64,000 nucleotides of DNA from a virus. A program made the position numbers and the translations under genes. Under the pieces are notes generated by a model. The model did not search any database, was not told the DNA's origin, and saw only the letters and a list, made by a program, of their open reading frames with translations. How positions within the stretch are numbered: position 1 is the first letter of the stretch; every line of letters starts with the position of its first letter. This document shows, piece by piece, positions 8,465 through 18,517 of this stretch. Location: IMG/VR virus record IMGVR_UViG_3300042898_002514; one strand, given 5' to 3'.

Positions 8465-9479
8465 TGTCTACAATCAATGGTTATTAAAAAATACCAAACC
8501 TTTTGATCAACAAACAGCAGAGCAATCAGATTATCTCAGAGTTTGTTTTCAGGTAGGAAACATCTGTACCAATAATTGTGTTTATTGCCCCCCAGGATGT
8601 AAAGACGGAACATACCCTTGGCCCAGTTATGAACAGGCTGCTAAAATTATTAATAAAATTGATCAGATATATAAAAGTGCCCCCTACAACAAGAAGAAAA
8701 TTCAATTTGAACTGCTAGGCGGAGAAGTAACACTTTGGAAAGACATTGAAAGAGTTATAGAATTAATATATTCTTTAGGTAATACTGTTTGTCTAGTTAC
8801 CAACGGAGTTAGAACTGTTAGATGGTGGCAAGAGTATGGAAAATATTTTGAATATATTACCTTGAGTGTTCATGCAGAGTTTGCAGAAAAGGAACATTGC
8901 ACTGATGTATTGAATGTACTGACAGAAAACAATGTAAAAAGTCATGCACTGATGCTGATGTTACCCAGTCATTGGCAAAAGTGTTTAGACACCATTGACT
9001 ATATGGTAGAAAATGGCAAGTTTGAATTAATACGAGCAAGACCGTTAACATTAATAGGGGAACAAGGCAACCATGATCGATGGCCTTATTCTGATCTAGA
9101 ATGGAAATGGTTAGAAGACAATCCAACATTCTTTCCCAAGGCCGGCAAGGTAATAAATACCCCAAAAGGACCCAATTGGGAAAGTACATTATGGCGAAAC
9201 TCAGTTACCAAAGAAATCAAGATACAAAACGCTGAAGAAGTTATTTCTCTAAAACAAAATAATTGGAAGGGATGGAATTGTTTTGTTGGTATAGATACAT
9301 TATATCTAGAACAAAATGGAGACATACGAAGGGATGCCATGTGTTATGTACGTCCACCAATAGGAAATTGGAAGAGAGATAATCTTGATGAACTAACTTG
9401 GCCCTTTGAACCGGTAAGATGCCCGTTTAATTCTTGTTTCTGCACACACGATATGAAAGCACGAAAATTTAAAATATGA
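8454..9479 (+). CDS. radical SAM protein
   Basis: CTNNCVYC, GGE, TNG; C-terminal C..G..C...CxxxxCxC. Confidence 0.92.
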   Translation: MTTDVYNQWLLKNTKPFDQQTAEQSDYLRVCFQVGNICTNNCVYCPPGCKDGTYPWPSYEQAAKIINKIDQIYKSAPYNKKKIQFELLGGEVTLWKDIERVIELIYSLGNTVCLVTNGVRTVRWWQEYGKYFEYITLSVHAEFAEKEHCTDVLNVLTENNVKSHALMLMLPSHWQKCLDTIDYMVENGKFELIRARPLTLIGEQGNHDRWPYSDLEWKWLEDNPTFFPKAGKVINTPKGPNWESTLWRNSVTKEIKIQNAEEVISLKQNNWKGWNCFVGIDTLYLEQNGDIRRDAMCYVRPPIGNWKRDNLDELTWPFEPVRCPFNSCFCTHDMKARKFKI

Positions 9480-9542
9480 AATATTCACAAAACAACGAAC
9501 AAGAAATTATATTAAATTTCTTTGTTATCAAGGAAAAATAAG

Positions 9543-10313
9543 ATGAGTAAAAAAGTTTTAATATTAGGATGTAGTCTTACTCAAGGTTCTTACGCTAGAG
9601 ATGAAAAATCATCAATTAAAGAGAGCATTGTTTCATCGTACGGATGGTATGATTCTTTAAAATGCTTAAAAGATTTAGAAATTGATGTTTTTGCATATGG
9701 TGGTGGTGGCTATACCACTTTTGCTGAGACTCTCAACGATTTGCATTCCAACGGCAAATTAAAAGATTACTCGATGTTAATTATTCAGGAAACTTCAGAA
9801 CCTCGATTTGTTTTAAGAAAACAAGATTTTTCTTGGCGAGAAGATTCATCTAAAGAGATTGAGGGAAGAGAGCTGTTAATAAAACACAGGTCTGCTTTTT
9901 CTATCCCTCCGCAATCTGTATTTTCAAAGAATCCTACTACCTTGGACGCTATATGCGAACATCACTATGGAATCCCATCCTTACCAACTGATTTTAAACT
10001 TGATATATTAGAATCAATTACATACAAAAATTTAGTTAAATTTTCTTTGGCTTATATAAATCAAACTATAGAACAATATAATTTAAAATCTTTTGTATTT
10101 TCATTATTTGAACCGCATGCCAATTCTGAAAATTTGCCAAAGGCCACTCGATTAGATTTGCCATCAAATTTATACTATGAAATTAAAAATGATTCATTGA
10201 AGAATTTAAGTTCGGAAATCGAGCTGCCTAGATCTTATCTCAGACATTTTTCTAATCTAGGAAATAAAAAATTAGGAGAAATCATAAACGAATCTCTTAA
10301 AAAAATTATTTAA
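9543..10313 (+). CDS. SGNH/GDSL hydrolase-like protein
   Basis: ILGCSLTQG block I, GGG block II, C-terminal HFSxxGN. Confidence 0.7.
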   Translation: MSKKVLILGCSLTQGSYARDEKSSIKESIVSSYGWYDSLKCLKDLEIDVFAYGGGGYTTFAETLNDLHSNGKLKDYSMLIIQETSEPRFVLRKQDFSWREDSSKEIEGRELLIKHRSAFSIPPQSVFSKNPTTLDAICEHHYGIPSLPTDFKLDILESITYKNLVKFSLAYINQTIEQYNLKSFVFSLFEPHANSENLPKATRLDLPSNLYYEIKNDSLKNLSSEIELPRSYLRHFSNLGNKKLGEIINESLKKII

Positions 10314-10323
10314 TACATATTAC

Positions 10324-10470
10324 ATGCAATCAAAATATCCTTCAAAAACTTGGTGTATCTTACCCTGGGTACACCTTAGCACTAGACCCGATGGCAGTAT
10401 ACCTGTAAGATGTCCATTTAATTCTTGTTTCTGCACACACGATATGAAAGCACGAAAATTTAAAATATGA
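10324..10470 (+). pseudogene. 48-aa chimeric minigene (N-terminus of the 11107 rSAM fused to the C-terminus of the 8454 rSAM)
   Basis: MQSKYPSKTWCILPWVHLSTRPDGSI-PVRCPFNSCFCTHDMKARKFKI, in frame. Confidence 0.85.
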
Positions 10471-11105
10471 AATATTCACAAAACAACGAACAAGAAATTA
10501 TATTAAATTTCTTTAACGGACGCATAGGCCGTTATCTAGACATAGGTGCATTTGATGGTGTGGCGGCAAGCAACACTCTTGCTCTAGCTGAACTAGGTTG
10601 GCAGGGTACTGTCATTGAACCTTCTCCTTGGGTGTTTAAAAGATTAAAAAGCAACTATGAAGAAAGAAATCTAACAACAAATATAAGACTGATAGAAGCT
10701 GCTGCGGTTCCCAATAACTATCCAGCTCAAATGAAATTCTACGAAACACATCGAATGGATCACTTTGAAGTCGGCAATGGTGTTGGCGGGTTTTCTTTTG
10801 AACACTCCACTAAAGAAATATTGAGAAATGAAAACATTTATTACGGTAAAGTATTAGAAACTATAGTAGATACTATAAAAGTAAAAGATATATTTCATAA
10901 TACTAATTATAATTTTATAAGTATAGATGTTGAATCATTTAATCTTGAGTTAATGGTTAGTATTCCGTGGGAGACTCTAACAGAATTAGAGCTCATTTGT
11001 ATTGAATCGGATGTTCCTTTCTGGCGATTTGTTAATTTTATGAAACCGTTAGGTTGGGAAGTTCATAGGGTTGAGAATTTTAATCTATTTTTTGTAAGGT
11101 CATAA
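10467..11105 (+). CDS. FkbM family methyltransferase
   Basis: YSQ start, LDIGAFDG..SNT, IEP, SIDVE motifs. Confidence 0.88.
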   Translation: MKYSQNNEQEIILNFFNGRIGRYLDIGAFDGVAASNTLALAELGWQGTVIEPSPWVFKRLKSNYEERNLTTNIRLIEAAAVPNNYPAQMKFYETHRMDHFEVGNGVGGFSFEHSTKEILRNENIYYGKVLETIVDTIKVKDIFHNTNYNFISIDVESFNLELMVSIPWETLTELELICIESDVPFWRFVNFMKPLGWEVHRVENFNLFFVRS

Positions 11106-11106
11106 A

Positions 11107-12507
11107 TTGAGTTATCCTAGTAAAACATTTTGTATCCTACCCTGGGTACATCTAAGCACTCGACCAGACGGCAGTATGCGAGTGTGCTGTACAGCCAATG
11201 CCAGTGGAGTAGGTGCCAGCAACGATAAAAAACTTGGAGGAGCACAAGTAGGAGTACTCAAAGACGACGAAGGTCTCCCAAGCAATCTCAACAACACAGA
11301 CTTTCAAACAGCTTGGAATAGCAACTACATGAAGAATGTGCGTAAGCAGATGTTGGCCGGCGAACAACCTCCTAGCTGTACTAAATGTTATAAAGAAGAA
11401 GCTGCTGGTCATAATAGCAAACGTCAATGGGAAACTGAGTATTGGAAACAACGTGTAAGCGTAGACAAGTTGATCAACGAAACCAACGAAGACGGTAGTG
11501 TTCCCCCACAGCTGGCCTACATTGATCTACGTTTTGGAACCAAATGCCAATTGGCCTGTATCATGTGCAGCCCACATGACAGCAGTGGCTGGATCAAAGA
11601 TTGGCAGAAGGTGTTCCCCACACTGGAAAGTGAGGGAGTTAAAAAAATATGGCAATGGGATAACAAGGGCAGTATCAACGGCAGTAGTTATAATTGGCAC
11701 AAACAAAATCCTGTGTTCTGGCAACAGTTCTATGAACAGATTCCACATATGCAACAGGTTTACTTTGCAGGCGGAGAACCCCTAATCATCGACGAACACT
11801 ACGAGATCCTGGAAGAGATTATTCGACAGGGTCGTGCCAAAGACATTGAGATTCGCTACAACAGCAATGGAGTAGAATGGCGTGAAGATCTGTTTGAGTT
11901 ATGGAGCCACTTTAAAATTGTACGATTCCATTACAGCGTAGACAGCATAGGTGCTATGAATGAATACATTCGGTATCCCAGCAAGTGGGAACGTACACAA
12001 CAAGTATTCCGTATACTTGACGAGCAGACCACAGACAATGTAGAAGTAACTATTGCCTGCGCTGTAAATGCCCTAAACATATATTACATTCCAGACTTCT
12101 TGAAATGGAAACTGCAACAGAACTTCAAGAAAGTTAATATGTGGCCGTTAGGAGCAGGAGGTATAAACTATCACTTTGTCTATTGGCCAGCTTTCTTAAA
12201 TGTAAAAGTATTGCCACAATGGTTCAAAGATGAATGTGAACGCAAGTACGAAGAGTTTATTCCTTGGTTTGAAGAAAACTGGGAATTGTGTCTATCTGAA
12301 AAAGATAGAGGAAAGATAACTAAAGAACGTTGGCTAGCAAACAGCTACGGAGTGAAACGACTTCGAGGCATGATCAGCTTTATGAAGTCAGAAGACTGGA
12401 GTCAACGATTGCCGGAAATGAAAGACTATCTAGAAAAAATAGATGCACATAGAGGAATATCTTTCTATGATACTTTTCCAGAAATGAAGGATATTTTTAA
12501 TGAATAA
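11107..12507 (+). CDS. radical SAM protein with N-terminal twitch/SPASM-like domain
   Basis: FCILPW..CC..CTKC, then CQLACIMC and GGEP. Confidence 0.92.
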   Translation: MSYPSKTFCILPWVHLSTRPDGSMRVCCTANASGVGASNDKKLGGAQVGVLKDDEGLPSNLNNTDFQTAWNSNYMKNVRKQMLAGEQPPSCTKCYKEEAAGHNSKRQWETEYWKQRVSVDKLINETNEDGSVPPQLAYIDLRFGTKCQLACIMCSPHDSSGWIKDWQKVFPTLESEGVKKIWQWDNKGSINGSSYNWHKQNPVFWQQFYEQIPHMQQVYFAGGEPLIIDEHYEILEEIIRQGRAKDIEIRYNSNGVEWREDLFELWSHFKIVRFHYSVDSIGAMNEYIRYPSKWERTQQVFRILDEQTTDNVEVTIACAVNALNIYYIPDFLKWKLQQNFKKVNMWPLGAGGINYHFVYWPAFLNVKVLPQWFKDECERKYEEFIPWFEENWELCLSEKDRGKITKERWLANSYGVKRLRGMISFMKSEDWSQRLPEMKDYLEKIDAHRGISFYDTFPEMKDIFNE

Positions 12508-13624
12508 AAATATATTTTGTGTAGCACCTTTTGTTAATTTAAGTACAACCAATCACGGAAAAGTTAGACTGTGTTGTCAATCAAAGACACTAGGCAATCT
12601 TCATGTAAACAAAAATAGCCTAGAAGACATATGGCAAGGTCAAGATTATCAACGTGTTCGAGAACAATTTTTAAACAACAAATGGCCCACAGAGTGTGAT
12701 ACCTGTAGACTTAACGAAGAAAAAAGTATTCCAAGCCGTCGAAGTTTTGAAAATCAAAAATGGTCTCAAATAGAAAAAAAATCGTATCCAACACAGGCCG
12801 TTGATTTTCCATGGGCAGTTGATTTGAGATTGGGGAATCTGTGTAATTTAAAATGTATAATGTGTACTCCTGACAACAGCAATACATGGTATGATGAATA
12901 TGAAAATTTTGAACATCTCAAATTTTTTAAGAAGGATGAAAATGTTCGCTGGCCCCTACATCCTAGTTTTTTAGACAACTATCAAGAATGGGTTCCAAAG
13001 GTACGAGTGTTGTACTTTAGTGGAGGAGAACCTTTACTAATAAAAAAACATAGACAAATTATAGAATTTTTAATTGAAAAAGATCTAGCAAAAAATATTG
13101 TTCTTTGGTATGATACCAACGGAACTTACATCGATCAAGAGTGGATCGATATGTGGTCTCATTTTGAACAAGTTAATCTAAGCCTAAGCATAGATGGCGG
13201 CAAACAAATTAATGAATATATACGATTCCCCACAAATCATGACAGCCTTTTAGAAAATTATAAACTGCTTTCTACAAGATCAAAAAATATCAAGGTCAAA
13301 TTACAAATAGCAGTGGGTGCTTTAAATATTTTTGAAATTGATAAAATTAGATTATACTCAAATCAATTTAATTTTTCACTTAACTTTAATGTAAGTATTA
13401 TATTTTGGCCAATCTTTATGACATTGGATGCTTTACCACACAGTGTAATAGATCAAATAACAGCACAATATAAAAATGATCCCAATGATAGAATTAAAAA
13501 TATGACTAAAAATCTCAAACACGATCCACAAAAACTAAAAGAACTAAAAGAATATTTGAATAAAATAGATGAGCTAAGAGGATTAGATCATAGAACTTGT
13601 TTTGAATACCTATACAAGGACTAA
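12500..13624 (+). CDS. radical SAM protein with N-terminal twitch/SPASM-like domain
   Basis: FCVAPF..CC..CDTC, then CNLKCIMC and GGEP. Confidence 0.92.
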   Translation: MNKNIFCVAPFVNLSTTNHGKVRLCCQSKTLGNLHVNKNSLEDIWQGQDYQRVREQFLNNKWPTECDTCRLNEEKSIPSRRSFENQKWSQIEKKSYPTQAVDFPWAVDLRLGNLCNLKCIMCTPDNSNTWYDEYENFEHLKFFKKDENVRWPLHPSFLDNYQEWVPKVRVLYFSGGEPLLIKKHRQIIEFLIEKDLAKNIVLWYDTNGTYIDQEWIDMWSHFEQVNLSLSIDGGKQINEYIRFPTNHDSLLENYKLLSTRSKNIKVKLQIAVGALNIFEIDKIRLYSNQFNFSLNFNVSIIFWPIFMTLDALPHSVIDQITAQYKNDPNDRIKNMTKNLKHDPQKLKELKEYLNKIDELRGLDHRTCFEYLYKD

Positions 13625-13625
13625 T

Positions 13626-15593
13626 ATGAAAATACTGTTTGGATACTGGGATACTAGAAAATTAGCAAAAGGAATAACAAAAAGTTTTGCTGATCTAACC
13701 TTTTATTGGTCAAAGACAACCGGTGATACTTTGGCAAAAGAAGTAATAGATAATAGTACTGCCAGTTCTATTATTGCTTCGGATAATATAAACACAATAA
13801 TAAAACAGGCAAGTATAGAATCTGCAGATTTTTTGTTTATAGTACCATCGGGAACTATTTTCTTAAATCCAGTCCCTGTAGCCAACGGTCTATTAGAATT
13901 TATAAAAACAGATCCTGCAATAGCTGGACATATCATCGATCATTCAATTAAAAACAATAACTGGAAATCTTTCTTTGGATTGCATGAGCAATGCCTTATA
14001 ATTTCTAAGAGAGTTATAACCGACATAGTAACTGAGGGTTTTACAATAGAAGAGACATTTGAATATAGTGATACCAGTTGGCCGCTAATCGACCGAAGTG
14101 AATCAAATATACACGACAACTATACTCCTTTGTGGATAAAAAAAGGAACTGAAGAAACTGTGCAAATAGAAAAGAAAAATTCAGAATTTTGTCTTTTTCA
14201 TGATCTAATTAAATTTGTTATTAACAAAAATTACACTGTACACAACTTACCTCAAGAACTTAGAAACAATAGAACTTATACCTATCATTTAAATAGACCA
14301 AATGATCTCGAAGCATTGATAGATAAACCGTTATCTGAAATTAACAAAATAGAAACGCAAGTAAAAGGCCACAAAGAATTTTTAATCAAATGGAAAACAT
14401 TATTAAATCCCGAAGCAGGATTTTGGGCCTATAATACAGAATCTACATCAATTGATAACAATTTAAAAGTTGATTGTTTTATTGCTGTGGCCAGCGGAAT
14501 TATTCCGTGGAGTTATCTTGCGAAATTTGATCTTCAGCCTAATTCAAATATCTATTTTGTTGATGTAAATCAAAACTGTCTAGACTTTCAAAAATACATT
14601 TTAGATAATCTTTATAACTTTGACAGCTATTCAGACATTGTTGAAGAATTTAACAAAGACTATAGTCTAATTAGATTTGGTTCAAAAGGCCAATCAGTAG
14701 ATGAAGATAAACTTCTATTTGAAATTAAAGAAAAATGGAATATTATTAAAACTTGTAATTTTCACTTTGTTAAAGGTGATATAATTCATCTAGACGATAA
14801 TATTAAACAGGCCGTGAAAACTTCTAGTCATCCCTATGTTTGGTTTAGTAATGTACTACGCTACATTCCTAGTTTAACTCAACTGTATCGAGACGACAGT
14901 CTTCAGGCTTACCTAACAGAACTGCTATCCTATAATTTAAATTTTTCTTGGTCAGGCGTTGGAATCAACAATCATAGAAGTTCCGGACCAAATAGTTTAC
15001 CGAATGCTGTGGGAAATTTTTACAAAACAATTGACATTAAATTACCCTACAAAGACTTTGTTGATGAGATCAAATCTTTAGAGAATCTTAATTTATTCAC
15101 ACGTCATAGAAGTGATAATTATGTTAAAGGAGTGCAATTACACAGAGGTTGGTCAAGTTTTGTATTGCACGGATTAGGGTATGATAAAACTGAAGGGTAT
15201 GAAGTGTACGGCTATGACAATAATGACTCAGCTCCCTACGAATGGACTCAAGAAGCAATTGAACACTGCCCAAACTTGGTTAATTGGTTTAAAGAAAACA
15301 AGTTTAAAGACAGATACCATAGACTTCGAATAATGAAGCTAGATCCAGGCGGAATGATAGGACTGCATTCTGATAATCCTGATCCAAATACCTGGGCAAC
15401 CAACATGGCTATAATCAATCCAGAAGGCTGCGAAATGCATTTTTGGAACAAGAATTGGGAATACTTAGGACAGGTTCCTTGGGAGGCTGGTGATACCAAT
15501 AGAATAAGAATTGGCTATTTCCATATTGTAATTAATAAAAGCAACGAGACAAGATACCATATGATTATACACGGAGAAGGCGGATGGATGTAA
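13626..15593 (+). CDS. multidomain protein with C-terminal Asp/Asn beta-hydroxylase-like 2OG-Fe(II) domain
   Basis: RLRIMKLDPGGMIGLHSD...H.V.N....RYH. Confidence 0.75.
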   Translation: MKILFGYWDTRKLAKGITKSFADLTFYWSKTTGDTLAKEVIDNSTASSIIASDNINTIIKQASIESADFLFIVPSGTIFLNPVPVANGLLEFIKTDPAIAGHIIDHSIKNNNWKSFFGLHEQCLIISKRVITDIVTEGFTIEETFEYSDTSWPLIDRSESNIHDNYTPLWIKKGTEETVQIEKKNSEFCLFHDLIKFVINKNYTVHNLPQELRNNRTYTYHLNRPNDLEALIDKPLSEINKIETQVKGHKEFLIKWKTLLNPEAGFWAYNTESTSIDNNLKVDCFIAVASGIIPWSYLAKFDLQPNSNIYFVDVNQNCLDFQKYILDNLYNFDSYSDIVEEFNKDYSLIRFGSKGQSVDEDKLLFEIKEKWNIIKTCNFHFVKGDIIHLDDNIKQAVKTSSHPYVWFSNVLRYIPSLTQLYRDDSLQAYLTELLSYNLNFSWSGVGINNHRSSGPNSLPNAVGNFYKTIDIKLPYKDFVDEIKSLENLNLFTRHRSDNYVKGVQLHRGWSSFVLHGLGYDKTEGYEVYGYDNNDSAPYEWTQEAIEHCPNLVNWFKENKFKDRYHRLRIMKLDPGGMIGLHSDNPDPNTWATNMAIINPEGCEMHFWNKNWEYLGQVPWEAGDTNRIRIGYFHIVINKSNETRYHMIIHGEGGWM

Positions 15594-16819
15594 AAAAAGA
15601 AACTTTTTGTATTGCTCCGTTTACACACCTATCTACTAAAACTGACGGTAGTATAAAGGCCTGCTGCAGAAGTTTGCCAGCATTATCAAATATTAAAAAA
15701 GAAACTTTGCTTCAGGCCTGGAACAACGAAGAAATGAAACAGCTTCGCAACGACCTTATAAACGGCGTTAGAAACGAACGCTGTGATGTCTGCTGGAAAC
15801 TGGAAGATGTTGGCGCCCAAAGTCTTCGTATGAAGTACAACAGCTCTTCAGTGGGCAGACAGGTAATTAATGCAGAAACAAATTTAAAATCTATTAACGA
15901 AGATTATAGTTTAAACAATAAGCCTACTTGGATAGAATTTAAACTTAGCAATCTTTGCAATTTTAAATGTCGTATGTGCCACCCTATGGATAGTACACGT
16001 TGGTTTGAAGATTATAAAAAAATATCACACCTACACGAAGATAGTTGGCAACAAGAAATGATAGATCTTAATCTAACTAAAAAATCATTGTTAAAGAGTT
16101 ATCCGGAAGAATTTTTTGAAAACTTACCAGAGTTGATGAGTAATGTAGATGAAATTTGGTTTGCGGGCGGCGAACCTTTATACGACAATGATCATTATAG
16201 AATTCTTGAAAGTGTAATGCATCGCGCTGATAAGATTACTTTAAATTATGCAACTAATTTAAGTATGCTATCTAATAAAAAATACAATGTAGTTGATTAC
16301 TGGAAAAAATTTAAAAAAGTTATTGCAGCAGTGAGTTTAGATGGGCCTCCAGATCTTAATGAATATATTAGATCAGGAGCAGATAGCAAAGTAATCGAAG
16401 ATAACATAAGACTATTGCAGAAAGAATTACCTAATGTTTTTATACAGGGAAAAATAACAGTACAGGCGCTGAACATTTACTATGTCCCCGAAACGTTCGA
16501 ATGGTTCAAAAATATGAAGGTGTTCACAGGAGTTCATTTTGTCACTTGGCCAAAGTTCTTAGACAGTAGAATCTGGACCGGTGAAGCCCGGCAAGAAATT
16601 AAAGTAAAACTAGAATCTTATCTAAAACATCAAGACAACTTGAACGGTTTACAATTAAATGTAGGCAATAGTATTAGAGATGTTGTTAGATTTTTTAATG
16701 GATCTGAACAATATGATAACACTAAATGGAATAAGTTTTTAGAGTATAATAAAACACTTGACGGCGCAAGAGATGAAACGTTTGAAAAATTTGAGTTTTT
16801 AAAAAAATGGATGAAATAA
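15584..16819 (+). CDS. radical SAM protein with N-terminal twitch/SPASM-like domain
   Basis: FCIAPF..CC..CDVC, CNFKCRMC, GGEP. Confidence 0.92.
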   Translation: MDVKKETFCIAPFTHLSTKTDGSIKACCRSLPALSNIKKETLLQAWNNEEMKQLRNDLINGVRNERCDVCWKLEDVGAQSLRMKYNSSSVGRQVINAETNLKSINEDYSLNNKPTWIEFKLSNLCNFKCRMCHPMDSTRWFEDYKKISHLHEDSWQQEMIDLNLTKKSLLKSYPEEFFENLPELMSNVDEIWFAGGEPLYDNDHYRILESVMHRADKITLNYATNLSMLSNKKYNVVDYWKKFKKVIAAVSLDGPPDLNEYIRSGADSKVIEDNIRLLQKELPNVFIQGKITVQALNIYYVPETFEWFKNMKVFTGVHFVTWPKFLDSRIWTGEARQEIKVKLESYLKHQDNLNGLQLNVGNSIRDVVRFFNGSEQYDNTKWNKFLEYNKTLDGARDETFEKFEFLKKWMK

Positions 16820-17988
16820 CTTCTAAAACATTCTGTGTATTGCCATGGATGCATTTGGCTACAAATGCCAGCGGAAATTTACGTGTTTGTTGCAACAGCG
16901 ATCCCAAAAACAATAACATTTTAAAAAGTCCTGGCTCGTCATATCAAATACAACGTGATGATATGTTAGAAGCTTGGAATAGTCCTACATATACAAAAAT
17001 AAGACAGCAGTTTTTAGATGGAGAACGACCTGACATGTGCGTTAGATGTTTTCGAGAAGAAGATGCAGGTATTAAAAGTGCAAGACAAGCAGCCAACGAT
17101 AAATGGGGGACGGACCGAGAGTATCCGATCCAGGCGACATTTAATATTAGATATGTTGACATTCGATTAAGTAATTTGTGTAATCTAAAATGTCGTATGT
17201 GTAATCCTTATGCTAGTAATATGTGGACAGCAGAATGGCCCTTGATAGGAGAAGTTCTTAGTCAAAGCGAATACAATAGATTAAACAACATGGATTGGCC
17301 TGAAAGAGAAAAAACTTGGGAAAATTTATATCTTATTGCTGACACTGTAGAAGAAATATATCTAACAGGCGGCGAGCCAACAATTATTAAAGCACAGCAC
17401 AAACTCTTGGATTATTTTATAGATAGGGGTACTGCTAAAAATATTAGATTGAAATACAACACAAATCTTACTAATGTTCCAAAACATTTATTAGATCGGT
17501 GGACGCATTTTAAACGTGTACAATTGAATTGTTCTATTGATGCAACAGGAGAACTTGATCGTTATATTAGATTTCCCAGCAGTTGGCAGCATATCCAAGA
17601 AAACTTTGAAAAGATAAGAACATTAAAAAATTGTTCAATAGAGATCCATTGCACAGTACAGATGTATAATATACTTCGCCTCAACGAATTAATAGATTGG
17701 GCAGTTCCCTACGGACATAGAATTTATTTTAATATTTTAAATCACCCGGAAGAATTAAACATCCGGGTCTTGCCACAGCATCTAAAAGAACAAGTGGTTA
17801 AATTATTAGAACCTTATCTGCATATAGATAAAGTCAAAGGAATTATTGATTATATGAATGCAGAAGACTGGAGTCATAAACTTCCTAAGTTTTATCATTA
17901 TACAAACGCACTAGACAAGTCTCGCAACCAAGATCTAGCAACTTTAATACCAGAATTATCATATGAAAATACTAGTAGCAGGAAATAA
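16807..17988 (+). CDS. radical SAM protein with N-terminal twitch/SPASM-like domain
   Basis: FCVLPW..CC..CVRC, CNLKCRMC, GGEP. Confidence 0.92.
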   Translation: MDEITSKTFCVLPWMHLATNASGNLRVCCNSDPKNNNILKSPGSSYQIQRDDMLEAWNSPTYTKIRQQFLDGERPDMCVRCFREEDAGIKSARQAANDKWGTDREYPIQATFNIRYVDIRLSNLCNLKCRMCNPYASNMWTAEWPLIGEVLSQSEYNRLNNMDWPEREKTWENLYLIADTVEEIYLTGGEPTIIKAQHKLLDYFIDRGTAKNIRLKYNTNLTNVPKHLLDRWTHFKRVQLNCSIDATGELDRYIRFPSSWQHIQENFEKIRTLKNCSIEIHCTVQMYNILRLNELIDWAVPYGHRIYFNILNHPEELNIRVLPQHLKEQVVKLLEPYLHIDKVKGIIDYMNAEDWSHKLPKFYHYTNALDKSRNQDLATLIPELSYENTSSRK

Positions 17989-18517
17989 AAATTACGGCCT
18001 TGCTGCCGAATTATTTAAATTGTACCCAGATGTTTTTTTTGCTAGCCGTACTACAGGCTTTGATCTAACAAAAAATGATGATCAGAAAAAACTAGCGGAT
18101 CTCACATTAGATTATGATATCTTTATAAACTGTAGTGCTTTACATAAATTTAATCAAACTATTTTATTAGATGCAGTTTACAAAAAATGTACAGAGAATA
18201 ATCATAGACTTCAAATCATTTGCATAGGATCTACCACTGACCGTGTGAAGAAAGGCGGCGCTTGGTTGTATAACGCAGAAAAGAAAGCATTGAGAGACTA
18301 CTGCAATACACTAGGTATGAATGGTGTTTGGGATAACGGTCCTAAAATTACCTTAGTTAGTTTTGGAAGTTTAACAAATGTACAATCTAAACATCCTACA
18401 AGAAAATGTTTAGACATTGTTCAAGCCGCACTATATATTAAATGGATTGTAGAACAACCAAAAGATATTTGTGTAAATGAAATTAGTATAGATCCGTTAC
18501 AACAACCTTATGAATGA
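17963..18517 (+). CDS. short-chain dehydrogenase/reductase-like protein
   Basis: N-terminal G-x4-GLA Rossmann motif, FINCS, catalytic YxxxK (YNAEK). Confidence 0.75.
   Translation: MKILVAGNKNYGLAAELFKLYPDVFFASRTTGFDLTKNDDQKKLADLTLDYDIFINCSALHKFNQTILLDAVYKKCTENNHRLQIICIGSTTDRVKKGGAWLYNAEKKALRDYCNTLGMNGVWDNGPKITLVSFGSLTNVQSKHPTRKCLDIVQAALYIKWIVEQPKDICVNEISIDPLQQPYE

Larger units (their letters stand above)
9411..10514 (+). repeat. 113-bp direct repeat flanking the SGNH gene
   Basis: 9411-9523 versus 10402-10514; three synonymous mismatches. Confidence 0.95.
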
